From: Nitrosopumilus sp. | GTDB taxonomy: Archaea; Thermoproteota; Nitrososphaeria; Nitrososphaerales; Nitrosopumilaceae | DNA length: 64,000 nt | Assembly: GCA_965219345.1 (NCBI GenBank) | Contig: OZ244732.1 | Coordinates: 1,568,001 to 1,632,000 of the forward strand | Reading direction: 5' to 3' | In this document: piece by piece, positions 19,436 through 30,927 of the stretch | How positions within the stretch are numbered: position 1 is the stretch's first letter | Layout of the letters: every line of letters starts with the position of its first letter | Made by a program: the position numbers and the translations under genes | Notes under the pieces: model-generated | Told to the model about the DNA's origin: nothing | Database searches by the model: none | The model's input: only the letters and a program-made list of their open reading frames with translations

Positions 19436-20011
19436 ATTACTTGAATTTTTTTTAGTGAATTTTGAAAGACCTTCTTTCTTTAATTGATTTGATTCTTTCA
19501 TAACAGAATCATGTTGATCAGATTTGTGCTGTTTTAGCTTCTTTTTTAAATCTGAAAATTCATTTGCAAGAATTTTCATTGCATAAATTCCGGCATTACC
19601 AGCTTTGTTAATTCCAACAGATACAACTGGGGATCCTGATGGCATTTCTGTAATAGATAGTAATGAATCTAATCCTCCAAACGCCGAAAATTTTGCAGCA
19701 TCTGTTTTTTTTGGATGTTTGTCATTATAGACTAGTATCGGTACCCCAATAACTGGAATAATTGTGTGTGATGCAATCATACCAGGTAGATGTGCTGCGC
19801 CACCAGCTCCTGCTATGATTACTTTGAATCCCATCTTTTCAGCATGTTGTGCATATTCTGTCAATCTAGCTGGAGTTCTGTGTGCCGAGACAATTTGATC
19901 TTCATGTTTGATTTTGAATTTATCTAAAATCTCAGCTGCACCATGCATAATTCTGCTATCTGAACTAGAACCCATGATAATTCCAACTAATGGCTTTTTT
20001 GAATACGTCAC
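19424..20011 (-). CDS. purE: N5-CAIR mutase
   Basis: IMGSSSD, SAHRTP, AGAGGAAHLPGM. Confidence 0.95.
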   Translation of the reverse strand: MTYSKKPLVGIIMGSSSDSRIMHGAAEILDKFKIKHEDQIVSAHRTPARLTEYAQHAEKMGFKVIIAGAGGAAHLPGMIASHTIIPVIGVPILVYNDKHPKKTDAAKFSAFGGLDSLLSITEMPSGSPVVSVGINKAGNAGIYAMKILANEFSDLKKKLKQHKSDQHDSVMKESNQLKKEGLSKFTKKNSSNLSQ

Positions 20012-20101
20012 TATATTAGAAAAAACTAGATGGTAATTATCTATAACTATTACAAAAAATCAAACAAAATTGTTCAAATTAACATTAGCTATTTTTAGTC
20101 G

Positions 20102-21262
20102 ATGAATGTGACTGATGTAATGGCAAAAATTCTTGGAATCATTGGAGGAGGACAACTTGGGATGATGATTACTGAGGCAGCAAAAAAAATGCCAGAACAT
20201 ATATCAAAAATTATTGTACTTGATCCAACTGAGAATTGTCCCGCAGCACAAGTAGGAGCTGAACAAATTGTTGCTGATTTTAAAGATAAAAATGCAATTA
20301 TTAATTTATCAAGCAAATCTGACATCATTACCTATGAGATAGAGTCAGGAGACAGTGATGTCTTAAAATCTGTTGAAAAAAATGCAGAAATTAATCCATC
20401 ACCTGAAACATTACAAATTATTCAAGACAAGTTTTTACAAAAATCATTCCTATTTGAAAATGACATTCCGGTTTCAGAATTTATCATAATTGAAAAAATT
20501 GAGGATGTAAAAGAAGGTTTGAAAAAATTTGGCCTTCCAGTGTTATTGAAAGCAAGGAGAGACGCATATGATGGTAGAGGTAATTTTAAAATCAATTTTG
20601 AAGATGATGTCCAAAAAGCATTTGATTATTTTAAAGGACAAAATATGTTACTAGAAAAATTTGTTCCATTTAAGATGGAAGTATCTGTTATTGCATCTAG
20701 AAATACAAAAGGCCAGATCAAAACATATCCTCTAGTTGAAAATATCCATGAAGACAATATTTTGCGTGAAACAATTGCTCCTGCTAGAGTTTCAGAAGAA
20801 GTTACAAAAAAAGCAGAACAAATTGCAGAAAAAACAATGGCTGTTCTAAAAGGAGCAGGGGTTTTTGGTATAGAGATGTTTGTGACACAAGATAATGATA
20901 TAGTAATTAATGAAATAGCACCCAGAGTTCATAATTCTGGACACCATACATTACAATCAAGTGAAACATCTCAGTTTGAACAACATCTAAGAGCAATTTT
21001 AGGATTGGAACTTGGAAAAACTAGACTAATTTACAATACGGTCATGTATAATATTTTAGGAAGTAAAGAATTTGAAGGAGAGTATGTCCCTCTTAATATT
21101 TCTCAAAATAATTTATTTTTGAAAATGTATGGAAAAAAGATTTCAAAACCGTTGCGAAAATTAGGTCATTTTAATCTAGTTGGAACACAAGGTGAATCTA
21201 TTGATCAATTATTACAAGATTTAGCTGGGCTTAAAGAAAAAACTTCTGTCAAATCTATCTAA
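20102..21262 (+). CDS. purK: N5-CAIR synthetase
   Basis: GGGQLG, YDGRG, NEIAPRVHNSGH, RKLGH. Confidence 0.95.
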   Translation: MNVTDVMAKILGIIGGGQLGMMITEAAKKMPEHISKIIVLDPTENCPAAQVGAEQIVADFKDKNAIINLSSKSDIITYEIESGDSDVLKSVEKNAEINPSPETLQIIQDKFLQKSFLFENDIPVSEFIIIEKIEDVKEGLKKFGLPVLLKARRDAYDGRGNFKINFEDDVQKAFDYFKGQNMLLEKFVPFKMEVSVIASRNTKGQIKTYPLVENIHEDNILRETIAPARVSEEVTKKAEQIAEKTMAVLKGAGVFGIEMFVTQDNDIVINEIAPRVHNSGHHTLQSSETSQFEQHLRAILGLELGKTRLIYNTVMYNILGSKEFEGEYVPLNISQNNLFLKMYGKKISKPLRKLGHFNLVGTQGESIDQLLQDLAGLKEKTSVKSI

Positions 21263-21296
21263 TTAGATTTATTAATTGAGATGAATAAAATTTAGC

Positions 21297-21689
21297 GTGG
21301 CATTAACTGCAGCAGTAATAATTACTGGTATTGCAATTGGATTGCTTGTAATTTATGGTGCAGATGTTGCAGCAGGATATGGTAGTGATAGTGGAGAAGG
21401 TTTCATCCCATTTGATCATAAAACAAGAGGGATGGGATTGGGCCTTCCAGCATTGATATTACCAATTATTGCGTATTTTATTTCAAGAAACGAATCATCA
21501 AAAGGTCTTGGAGGCATGATAATTATTGCAGGCATTTTGATTATTATTGGAGGAGCTGTGGTTATAGGAAATGCAGATCCTGTTGAAGCAGAAGAGTCTG
21601 GAAGAAACATACTTTCTGAAACAATTCCATTAATCATTGCAGGATTAATTCAAATTGGATTAGGCATACTTAAAATCAAAAAATCCTGA
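21297..21689 (+). CDS. Four-TM membrane protein
   Basis: Four hydrophobic segments. Confidence 0.75.
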   Translation: MALTAAVIITGIAIGLLVIYGADVAAGYGSDSGEGFIPFDHKTRGMGLGLPALILPIIAYFISRNESSKGLGGMIIIAGILIIIGGAVVIGNADPVEAEESGRNILSETIPLIIAGLIQIGLGILKIKKS

Positions 21690-21699
21690 ATGAGTGACA

Positions 21700-21825
21700 T
21701 TGCCCACCTGTGCTAAATGCAATAATGATGTAAAGAAAGTCTATGATTGTGATCATACGAATTTTGAAGAATACTGTGTTGAGTGTTATACCAAATTACA
21801 TTACTATTTGACAGAGAAAAATTGA
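21700..21825 (+). CDS. Small Zn-finger protein (41 aa), not in ORF track
   Basis: TTG start; MPTCAKC...CDH...YCVECY. Confidence 0.55.
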   Translation: MPTCAKCNNDVKKVYDCDHTNFEEYCVECYTKLHYYLTEKN

Positions 21826-21869
21826 TTTTGTAAAATAATTCCTAAAATATTGGAATACAAAAGAAAGTT

Positions 21870-22316
21870 TGTGAGATATGCAATAATTGCTGCAATAGTT
21901 AGTTGTTTTGACGTTTATTCCATTAACTTCATTCTCGGAAGTTCATTTCAATAATCTCAGTTGTAATTGTGTTGCTTTTAGAATAGACGATATTCAAGAT
22001 CATTGGCTAAATAATGTTCAAATAGAAATAGTTTCACTTTTTGAGGAAAAATCAGTTCCTTTAACAATGGGGATAATTGGATACCATTTTGGTGAAGATA
22101 AAAAAATACTTGGTATGATTAAAAAAATTACATCTGAAACAGACAATTTTGAAATTGCTAATCATGGATGGAAGCATGAAGATTTTTCAAAGCTGGCACA
22201 AAATCAACAAAGTAATCTTATGAAACAGACAAACAACAAAATATCAAATATTTTGGGAATAAATCCCACTGTATTTGTTCCACCTTTCAATGAATTTACT
22301 AATGATACTTTAACTG
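21870..22316 (+). pseudogene. Polysaccharide deacetylase (NodB-like), truncated by IS5
   Basis: FRIDD, EIANHGWKH, FVPPFN, then an abrupt GC shift. Confidence 0.8.
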
Positions 22317-23115
22317 TAGTCTGTTGCACAACCACGCCTAAAACCTGACTGATGCCAACAATTTTTGCCATTGGGACAAACATTGGTGTGCCAAAAGACA
22401 CTTGGATCAAGTAACCTGCCAACCATACACAGTGGCATCCACAGACAACGCAAAGTACGTGGAGCGTGGTAGGATGCTTGCCATGCACTAGGATCCGGGG
22501 TGGGAACAGGAGCTGAAATCTGCAAACTGCCGCAAGAACAGGGCGCCGTTCCTGTACGCAGAGTCCCTGTTTGTATCAATTGCCATCATAAGATCCATGG
22601 CGCAGATACCCTACAGGCAACTGCGGGGCATGGTATCAGAGATGATGCCCGGCGTTCCAATACCGGATCACGCCACCATGTTCAGGAGAATTCGTGATCT
22701 CAGCGTCCAGGCCATGGGCAGCATGGTTGCCGTTACTGCAAGGGACGGCACTAGGCATGTGTTCTATGCAGTCGATACAACAGGCATCAAGGTGGCCAAC
22801 AGGAGGAAGTGGATAAATAAAAAGTGGAAGGTCAGGCGCGGGTTTATCAAGATGCACGCGCTAGCAGACACCGACACGGGGCTGATCCTCGCGCTGAAGA
22901 TCACAGACGGCTCTGTGGGGGATTCCAAGACGTTTGTCCCCCTGCTGAACCAGGCGCTTGGTACGGCAGGATCAGGACAACAGGATGCAGCCAAAGGTGC
23001 AGATGTCGAGGCGGCCGCCGTCTCCGAAGGCATCTCGATCCTGGGGGACGGTGCGTATGCATCACGAAATATCCACAAGGAGTGCAAGAACCGCGGCATC
23101 ACGCCACTCATTTCA
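22316..23115 (+). mobile_element. IS5 family (IS903-like) remnant, 3'-truncated, with internal stop
   Basis: PYRQLRG, PDHAT, AVDTTGIK, FIKMH, GDGAY; end-like GTCTGTTGCACAAC; boundaries approximate. Confidence 0.8.
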
Positions 23116-23224
23116 ATTATATGAAAACTCTCGTTAACTTACCAGTGTACTCAAATGTATAGAATTTGGAACAGCGTAAAGTATAGTTACTTTTTTTAAC
23201 TTAGAACAATAGAATGTATCATAA

Positions 23225-24334
23225 ATGAACAAAATATTGCTTTTGATACCTTTGCTTTTTATTGTATCATCTTCTATGGCATTTTCTTCATCCATTGATA
23301 GTCCTAAACATCAATTAGAATCTGGAATTGCCCCTGAAAATATAATCTGTAAAGAAAATCTGGTTTTAACCATTCGTACAAATGGACAACCTGCATGTGT
23401 TACTGAAAGAACCGCAGACAAATTAAATTGGAAGGTAATGTCAAATAACATACCTAAAGAATTTACCAAATCCATAACAAGTGAATCAGATACAACTACA
23501 GAACTTACAATACCCATAACAAATAAGATGAATGTATCAACAGAAATATCTAAAGAACGTATTCTAACAAAATTTGAACGATCTGCTAAACTTTCTTCAA
23601 TTGGAAATATCTGTTATAATTGGCCAGTTTTCTCAATTGATACACCAAGTCAAGTAACAATTGGTACAGAATTTGATGTAATACTTGATTATACATTTGT
23701 TATTCCTGATGTTGATGCGGGATATGAAGATCCCGATGCAATATTGGAACAAGAACTTTTTACAGTTTGTAATATGGGTAGCATTTACCTTATTTATCCA
23801 GAACATGCTGAGATTGTTGATGCTGGATATGTACACTATATCACACGTACAGACGACAACTGGGATCCTCCTTTAGTTATAAATTCTGGAAAAATTGCTT
23901 ATTCCTTTGATAATACAGCTCCTCAAAGCAAAACTATAACCATGAAAATAAATGAACCATCACCGTTTGATGATAGAAGCTTTTTTGATATTAGTATGGA
24001 TGTGAATAATGTTCGAAGATACATCAGTATCAACGGCGATGTTGTAACATTAAGTGAAAATGTTCCTCCACAACCATTAAGCACCACTGATATCTCTGCT
24101 GACAATAATACTACCGTAAGAACTTGGGTCGGCGATTATGCAAACAAAACCGGAACTGTTAAATTAGTTAATCGAAACCAACTTCCACAAAATGAGCCGC
24201 CAGTAGAATTATTTGCTGATTTTCTAAAAGAATATTATCCTGATAAAAATTATGAAGAATTTATACTTTCTTTCAATTTTACTGAATCTTATGTAGAGAT
24301 TTTTTTTGAAGCTAATCCCGACATGAGAAATTAA
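23225..24334 (+). CDS. Secreted protein with thaumarchaeal SPKHQ/ICK/PACV N-terminal domain, possibly prematurely stopped
   Basis: Signal peptide followed by DSPKHQLESGI..ICKENL..PACV. Confidence 0.75.
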   Translation: MNKILLLIPLLFIVSSSMAFSSSIDSPKHQLESGIAPENIICKENLVLTIRTNGQPACVTERTADKLNWKVMSNNIPKEFTKSITSESDTTTELTIPITNKMNVSTEISKERILTKFERSAKLSSIGNICYNWPVFSIDTPSQVTIGTEFDVILDYTFVIPDVDAGYEDPDAILEQELFTVCNMGSIYLIYPEHAEIVDAGYVHYITRTDDNWDPPLVINSGKIAYSFDNTAPQSKTITMKINEPSPFDDRSFFDISMDVNNVRRYISINGDVVTLSENVPPQPLSTTDISADNNTTVRTWVGDYANKTGTVKLVNRNQLPQNEPPVELFADFLKEYYPDKNYEEFILSFNFTESYVEIFFEANPDMRN

Positions 24335-24584
24335 TACTCTTTCAAATTAATTGAGCCTGCATTCTCAATAAATTGCTTAGAATTTGGTGGAACATATGCT
24401 GAATCATCTTTTGGTGCCAAATCCTGAACTGTCAGGAGATATGTCTTTTTTTTTTTGATTGCTCTGTGAGGGATTGATTTACTTTTCTAAGATGAGACAT
24501 TGAAATTCTCTTTAGGCCATACACCCACAATGATCACAGTGCTTTAATATTCTATAGTAAAAATTATCACGTTGATAAAATAAA

Positions 24585-24760
24585 TGCTAGAATTAGATAA
24601 ACAAATTATTTTGAGCGTATTCTTATCTTTAATTTTGGTTATAGGAAGTACTTCATTATCATTTGCAGAATTCTCTACTAATTCAATTATTTTACAAAAT
24701 ACTGATACCATAAATCATGAGCACGCATTTTCTGAAAAATTTACAGACAAAAGAATTAGG
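24585..24760 (+). pseudogene. N-terminus of a secreted protein cut by IS1595
   Basis: MLELDKQIILSVFLSLILVIGSTSLSFAE signal peptide runs into the IS. Confidence 0.5.
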
Positions 24761-25540
24761 TGATTATCAATCATTCACCACCAGTACATAATCAGGCAAT
24801 AATGAGAAAGTATCCTCATCTCTGTTGTTGCATCTCCATTCCCTCTCCTTGATATGCAACAGAAACCTTTCAGAGCCAACACCGTGATGCTTTGCCGTTC
24901 TCTCTTTTGCAAAACTCCAAAAACCCTCAGTTCCGTTGATGCAAACATCGCCTTTTCCAAACATCTTGCTGTGATCAGCTGACAGATGATGATAACCATG
25001 AAACATCAACGAGTCATGACCTTTCCACCTGTCCGTATACGCAATGCTTCCTTTCTTTACTTTCTTGACGGTTCCGGCAAGAAGTGTCCTGACTTTCACA
25101 TCCGTGAGTCTCAACGTGAACCCTTCCCTTTCTCTCCAAAATTCCAAATACAACTGTCTTGTTTTTGGCACCGCGTCCGCGATTTCCCTTTCCTTTGCCT
25201 CCAAAATACGCGCCTCATCAGCCCCAATTTTTCCCCTTGGTTTTTGTCTGACTTCAAGATGGCATGATATGGAATGGCACATACAATCAGATGCATTTAG
25301 TGCGGCAGGATGACTGGCATCTGCCTCTCTTGCCGCACATCCTGCACCAATCCTAGGATCAAAGAGCTGGTTGGAATCAACCATTTTGTAAAACCAACAT
25401 TGACTGTATCCGACCATGTTCCGCCAAACGGCCTGTAACCTATTTTACAGTCTTTGCACCTTAACTTTCCCCCTAATGTGATGCAATACTTTTTGGAACC
25501 ACATCCATATTTCATGTTTTGATACACAGATCACTAGAAT
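24758..25540 (-). mobile_element. IS1595 family (ISXO2-like) element, frameshifted
   Basis: Zn ribbon CGS..RCKDC, EADAS, YTDRWKG, INGTEGFWSFAK, KEREWR; boundaries approximate. Confidence 0.8.
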
Positions 25541-25804
25541 GCATCAGAACCATTAATTCTACCAATCAAGCTTTAGATCAGTAATATTTTTGGCATTTAA
25601 TGAAACGCTACAACACAACTTTTGTAATGAAAAATTAGAAAATCTGAAAATTAATAGTCACTTTTAGGGGTTATTAATTAAATCTATTGGTCTAATCCTA
25701 TTATTGAAATTACGAAAAAAGTAACTTTCTAGTTTACGATATTTTTTAGATTAAAATTATTTAGCTATTATATACTCTAAAAATAATGATTTGACAGAGA
25801 AGAA

Positions 25805-26473
25805 TTGAAAGCAATAATTTTAGCTGGCGGGCATGGTAAAAGATTAAAACCCATTACGGATTATGTTCCAAAATCTCTTGTACCTATAAAGAATATACCA
25901 CTTATTGAATGGCAAATCAAATATCTGAAAAAATATGGAATAACAGAAGTAATCATTTGTACAGGATACAAAACAAAAATGATTGAAAATTATTTAACAA
26001 TGAAAAACTTGGGAATTAAAATTAAATTTTCTGTTGAAAAATCTCCTTTAGGTACAGGAGGCGCAATAAAAAAAGCAGGTAAAAGTATCAAAGATAAATC
26101 ATTTTTTGTAATTAATGGTGATATAATTACTAACATTAATTTAAAAAAACTTGCAAAAAAACCAAATTCTATTGCTTCTATTGGATTACAAACTAAATTT
26201 GGAACTTTAGAAACAAGTGGAAATAAAATATTACAGTTTAAAGAAAAAAAAGAAATTTCAGATTTGTGGATGAACGCAGGAATTTATTATCTCCAAAAAG
26301 ATGTACTAAAAGATTTACCAAATAAAGGTGATATTGAAAAAACGCTTTTTCCAGATTATGCAAAAAAAGGTAAACTCAATACAGTCAAATTTAAAAAAGT
26401 AAAATGGCATTCAGTAGATTCCTTTAAGGATTTAGAAGAAAGTTCACTAAAAGTAGAAAAAATAATAAAATGA
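25805..26473 (+). CDS. Sugar-phosphate nucleotidyltransferase
   Basis: AIILAGGHGKRLKP, PLGTGGA, NGD. Confidence 0.9.
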   Translation: MKAIILAGGHGKRLKPITDYVPKSLVPIKNIPLIEWQIKYLKKYGITEVIICTGYKTKMIENYLTMKNLGIKIKFSVEKSPLGTGGAIKKAGKSIKDKSFFVINGDIITNINLKKLAKKPNSIASIGLQTKFGTLETSGNKILQFKEKKEISDLWMNAGIYYLQKDVLKDLPNKGDIEKTLFPDYAKKGKLNTVKFKKVKWHSVDSFKDLEESSLKVEKIIK

Positions 26474-26731
26474 AATTTTGAGTCTTATGCACCAGTTCTG
26501 TGCAATGTAACCATCATGTATGCTACTTCTTCTACAAAGGGTTCATCTTTGCTAACAAGGGTATATTTTGTAGCATCATCCCAAAAGGGTGCTTTTTGAT
26601 GTAGGTTTTCAGATAGAGTTTGTTCACTCAATATTTGTTATTATGATCTAATCTGATAATACTCGGCCTCAATCAAAATTAACCCATTACTAAAACAGAT
26701 ACGCTAAATATCCAATATACATACAATTTTC

Positions 26732-27694
26732 ATGCGTATTGCATGTAGTTTAGGCTCTTTACTATCTGTAAATGAAGTCCTAAGGTGCACCGAAATCCTC
26801 TCTAAAACTAACGTAGATACAATTTGGATACCTGAAACATGGGGCATGGAGAATTTTTCTATGCTAAGCGCAATTTCTAATAGGACTAGTCAAAAAATAG
26901 GCTCATCAATTATCAACATCTATTCTCGAAGTCCATCTCTAATTGCAATGGGAGCGGCTACTATAGATACAATTTCTGATGGACGATTAATTCTAGGTCT
27001 CGGAACAAGTAGTTTGCCAATTATTGATACTTTTCATGGTTACAAATTTGAAAAACCAGTTCAAAGAATGAAAGAATGTATAGAAATAATTAAATTGGTG
27101 TTATCTGAAAAACCAGTAAACTATTCAGGTGAGATTTTTAATTTAAAGAATTTTTCATTATTAATAAAACCAAAAAGAGAATCAATTCCAATTTATCTTG
27201 CAGCTGTTAATCAAAAAATGGTAGAGTTATCATGGGATATTGGAGATGGAGTGATTTTTTATCTTCGACCATTAAATGAAATGAAAGAGACAATCACAAA
27301 AATGCAATCAAAGAAAAAAATTGATGTGACTTGTCAGATAATTACTTGTGTTGCAGAAGATTCTGATACTGCAATTAGACGTGCCAAAAAAACACTAGCA
27401 TTTTATGTATCTGTTGGTAAAGTTTATCGAGAATTTTTAGCAAAACATGGATTCAAAAATGAAACAACTAACATATTTGATGAATTTAAAAAATCAGGGT
27501 TTAAGTCAAATCATGATCTAATCCCAGATTCAATGTTAAAATCACTTTGCATAGCAGGCACCCCTAACGAATGTATAAAACAATTGGAAAAATTCTCTGA
27601 GACAGGAATTAACTTACCAATAATCCAATTTAATCCAGTTGGAGATACTTTTGATTCTTTTGAGTTGGTAAAAAAAACATTTTTGGATAATTGA
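26732..27694 (+). CDS. LLM class (probably F420-dependent) oxidoreductase
   Basis: WIPE, GRLILGLGTS, IPIYLAA. Confidence 0.88.
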   Translation: MRIACSLGSLLSVNEVLRCTEILSKTNVDTIWIPETWGMENFSMLSAISNRTSQKIGSSIINIYSRSPSLIAMGAATIDTISDGRLILGLGTSSLPIIDTFHGYKFEKPVQRMKECIEIIKLVLSEKPVNYSGEIFNLKNFSLLIKPKRESIPIYLAAVNQKMVELSWDIGDGVIFYLRPLNEMKETITKMQSKKKIDVTCQIITCVAEDSDTAIRRAKKTLAFYVSVGKVYREFLAKHGFKNETTNIFDEFKKSGFKSNHDLIPDSMLKSLCIAGTPNECIKQLEKFSETGINLPIIQFNPVGDTFDSFELVKKTFLDN

Positions 27695-27695
27695 C

Positions 27696-28805
27696 ATGAA
27701 TAAAGTTGGAATTTCTGCATATGGAATTACCCCATTTACAAAAGATGATCAAAAGATTGATGGAGTTTTACTTCAATCTGCAAAAAATCTCTTTGAGACT
27801 AACCCTAAAATCAATAAAAAAGACATTGATGCTGTTTTAGTTTCCACAAATGATAACTCAAAATATCTATCTCCAATTTTATCTGAAATGGTTGGGATCC
27901 AGCCAAAAATTGCACATTCTATCGAAAGTCTATGTAATTCAGGCACAAATTCTATAGTTTCAGCATATTCCTATATTGCATCAGGGCTTGTAGATACGGT
28001 TCTAGTTAGTGGTGCTGAAAGATATGATAGTCCTGGTCAAGTATTAGAATGGGATAATTCCAGAGGGGAATTTAAACACCCAATCTTTTGGGCTTCAATT
28101 TTTACAAAATCCTACAAACGTGAATTTTCAATTTCAGATGAACAATTGGCTTTAGTTTCAGTGAAGAATCACAAACAAGCCAAAGAAAATCCCAATGCAT
28201 TATCCCAAAAAACTTTCACAGTTGAGGATGTAATGAATTCTAAACCATTAACTGAAGATCTTAGATTGTTAGATTGTTCAAGACCCTGTACTGGAAGTGC
28301 ATCAATAGTATTAACCTCTGAAGAAATGACTAAAAAAATTACAGAAATGCCAATATGGATTACAGGTATTGGTCAAAAAACAACTTCTGCTGGATTTACA
28401 AAAAATACATCATTTAGCACTATGAAATCTACTAAATTAGCAGTGAATACTGCGTTAAAAATGGCAAATCACGATATAAAAGATATTGATGTTGCAGAAG
28501 TACATGATGCATTTTCCGTTTGTGAACCTATGGCGTTAGAATCTTTAGGTTTTTCTAAATCAGGTACTGGAACTAGTATGATTAAGGAACTTTATGAAAC
28601 AAATGATTTTAAAATTAATCCTAGAGGAGGGTTAATCGGGTCAGGACACCCACTTGGCGCAACTGGTATAGCACAAACTATAGAAATTACACAACAACTT
28701 CAATCAAGTGCAAATACTAGACAAGTTAACAATGCAAAAGTAGGATTAGTTCACAATATGTCTGCAGCGGCTACATCATCAACGGTATTGGTTTTAGAAA
28801 AATGA
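27696..28805 (+). CDS. Thiolase family protein
   Basis: EVHDAF, NPRGGL, GHPLGATG. Confidence 0.92.
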   Translation: MNKVGISAYGITPFTKDDQKIDGVLLQSAKNLFETNPKINKKDIDAVLVSTNDNSKYLSPILSEMVGIQPKIAHSIESLCNSGTNSIVSAYSYIASGLVDTVLVSGAERYDSPGQVLEWDNSRGEFKHPIFWASIFTKSYKREFSISDEQLALVSVKNHKQAKENPNALSQKTFTVEDVMNSKPLTEDLRLLDCSRPCTGSASIVLTSEEMTKKITEMPIWITGIGQKTTSAGFTKNTSFSTMKSTKLAVNTALKMANHDIKDIDVAEVHDAFSVCEPMALESLGFSKSGTGTSMIKELYETNDFKINPRGGLIGSGHPLGATGIAQTIEITQQLQSSANTRQVNNAKVGLVHNMSAAATSSTVLVLEK

Positions 28806-29110
28806 GTTTTGAGTCTGAGTTATTACAAGGAAAATTCTGCATTCCGGAATGTACCGTTTGCAAGAAAATTGTTTGGCCTCCTGCAGAATTTTGCAATCAT
28901 TGTTTTGGCAAAGTAACTCTAAAAAAAGGAGATTTTGAAGGTAAAATTATCGAATTTTCAAGACAAAATGAGGAATATTTTTGCTTAGTGGAATTTGAAA
29001 AGACTATTAAATTAATGGCAAAAATTTTACAAATTCCTGAAATAGGACAAATAGTTAAAATTTCAAAATGTGGAATTTCTAATGGAAGTTATTTTTTTAA
29101 TGTTAATTGA
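28802..29110 (+). CDS. Zn-ribbon/OB-fold (DUF35-like) thiolase partner
   Basis: CTVC..WPP..CNHC, directly downstream of the thiolase. Confidence 0.8.
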   Translation: MSFESELLQGKFCIPECTVCKKIVWPPAEFCNHCFGKVTLKKGDFEGKIIEFSRQNEEYFCLVEFEKTIKLMAKILQIPEIGQIVKISKCGISNGSYFFNVN

Positions 29111-29930
29111 ATTTTGTGTAAATGTATGGAGTTTCAATTGTTTGATCAAAAGTCCAAACAGTAGGCAACAAAACTGTATCAATTATGTCCATGTTGTGTT
29201 TTTTAATTAAAGAATCCCACCCACCATTAATCAAATCACCTGATAATTGTTTTTTTGAATAAGTTCCAACTAGTACTAATCCACTGGTATGTGTCAAATT
29301 AGAGATAGCATTTATTTTATCAATAATATTAGTTGCCAAAATATCACCTCCCATTTGAGCAAGGCCTCCGATAAAAAATACTGGATGTGTTAATTGAAGC
29401 TGAGAATAATCAAACTCTAACGCATCTTCACATTTTGGATCAAAGTTTTGATTTGTAGACTTGGTAATTGTTTTTTGTAATTCTACTAATACATTATCAA
29501 TCTCAATACTGTGTGAAATTAACCCTAAAATTTTTCCACAAAAAGCAATTCTTCCATCCCCAGAACCAATATCTACTAATTCCTTGTATCCTAATTTTTT
29601 TGCAATTAATGCCATTACATAAGCAGACATTATCCATGTTGGGTAAAATGGTTGACAGCTAGAACCATGTTTTAAACTATTTAACCAATATTCGTTAATA
29701 TCGCCTTCATAAACAATGCATGAAATTCCTGCAATTTTTTGTTCAAATGAATTAAAGTATATGGGATTTTTTTGAGCAAAATCATGAAGCATTTCTAAAT
29801 TATGTGTATCCACAGGAAATTTTTTAGATGAATACAGAGGAATTACTTCTTGAATATGTGCACTTCCAGTATAATTTTTTGCAAAATCTCGTTTTACAAG
29901 AACTAGATTTTTGACAAGTTCGTCAAGCAT
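29103..29930 (-). CDS. SAM-dependent methyltransferase-like protein
   Basis: VDIGSGDGR motif. Confidence 0.7.
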   Translation of the reverse strand: MLDELVKNLVLVKRDFAKNYTGSAHIQEVIPLYSSKKFPVDTHNLEMLHDFAQKNPIYFNSFEQKIAGISCIVYEGDINEYWLNSLKHGSSCQPFYPTWIMSAYVMALIAKKLGYKELVDIGSGDGRIAFCGKILGLISHSIEIDNVLVELQKTITKSTNQNFDPKCEDALEFDYSQLQLTHPVFFIGGLAQMGGDILATNIIDKINAISNLTHTSGLVLVGTYSKKQLSGDLINGGWDSLIKKHNMDIIDTVLLPTVWTFDQTIETPYIYTKFN

Positions 29931-29935
29931 TAATT

Positions 29936-30175
29936 CTACAAAATCAATGGGCTTGATAAACTCACTGTAACTTGAAGCAATTTTTTAGATGATAGTGATA
30001 CAAGTTCTTGTTCAACTTTTTTTAATTGTTTAATTGTGTTTGTTTGCATTATTTCAATATCTGAAAACTCTTTTTTAGAAGGATCTGTTATTAAAAGAAA
30101 ATTCATCTGTTTTAACATATTAAGATAGAAATCTCGCTGTTCTAGTAACCTCTCAAATAGTATTTCAGACAACAA
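29936..30175 (-). CDS. Hypothetical protein
   Basis: 79 aa ORF. Confidence 0.5.
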   Translation of the reverse strand: MLSEILFERLLEQRDFYLNMLKQMNFLLITDPSKKEFSDIEIMQTNTIKQLKKVEQELVSLSSKKLLQVTVSLSSPLIL

Positions 30176-30310
30176 AAAATCTATGAAACAGAAGTGTTTA
30201 ATGGTTTTTTATAATGTGTTGGTGTAAAAATGACACCCTCATATGACATTTTGTTGAGTTATTATGTAATTACCATCTTTACTATATCTAATATAGAGAA
30301 TAACTTGTCG

Positions 30311-30877
30311 ATGCGAACTAAAACACCAACATTAACAATTAGAAAACAAGAGATTGTTAAAAAAAGTACAAAAAATCACAAAAAAGCTGCTAGAATACGT
30401 CGGCAAAGAGGGTATCAGTGGGAAGACACATTAGTAAAACGATTTAACGCAACCAAAAAATGGAAGGCATTTAGGCTTGGATCTCCAAGCATTGCATTAC
30501 CTGATGTATTGGCAGTAAATACAGAAGAGAACCACATATTCACTATAGAAGCAAAATCTGGAACTAGTACCTCATTACTAGTACCTGCAGATCAAATTGA
30601 ACGATGTCTAGAATGGATAAAGACGTTTGATATTTATAAAAAAAGAAATGTGCTTTTGGCATTCAAATTTCTCTCAAAGAAAAGAATAGGTTTGAGGAAA
30701 TATGAAAGCCGTGAATTAAGAGAGTTCTACAAAATTTGGGACGAATCTCTGGAAATTACCGATTGTGTCTGTACTTATGAGGGAAATTTATTTGCAAAAA
30801 TAGATGGTACGCGTAAAGAACTGTTTCTTAAAGAATGTTTGATGCCATTTAAGACAAAACAAAGAAAAAATATCTAA
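30311..30877 (+). CDS. Hjc-like Holliday junction resolvase family nuclease
   Basis: RGYQWE, LPDVLA, IEAKS; start chosen at the internal ATG. Confidence 0.8.
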   Translation: MRTKTPTLTIRKQEIVKKSTKNHKKAARIRRQRGYQWEDTLVKRFNATKKWKAFRLGSPSIALPDVLAVNTEENHIFTIEAKSGTSTSLLVPADQIERCLEWIKTFDIYKKRNVLLAFKFLSKKRIGLRKYESRELREFYKIWDESLEITDCVCTYEGNLFAKIDGTRKELFLKECLMPFKTKQRKNI

Positions 30878-30927
30878 TCAGTGGAATTTTCCAATCGTTT
30901 TTTAAGGATTATACATGAATAAAGATA

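Noticed and set aside
24446-24456. T11 tract as a phase-variation switch
   Set aside because: It lies outside any intact ORF in AT-rich decayed sequence.
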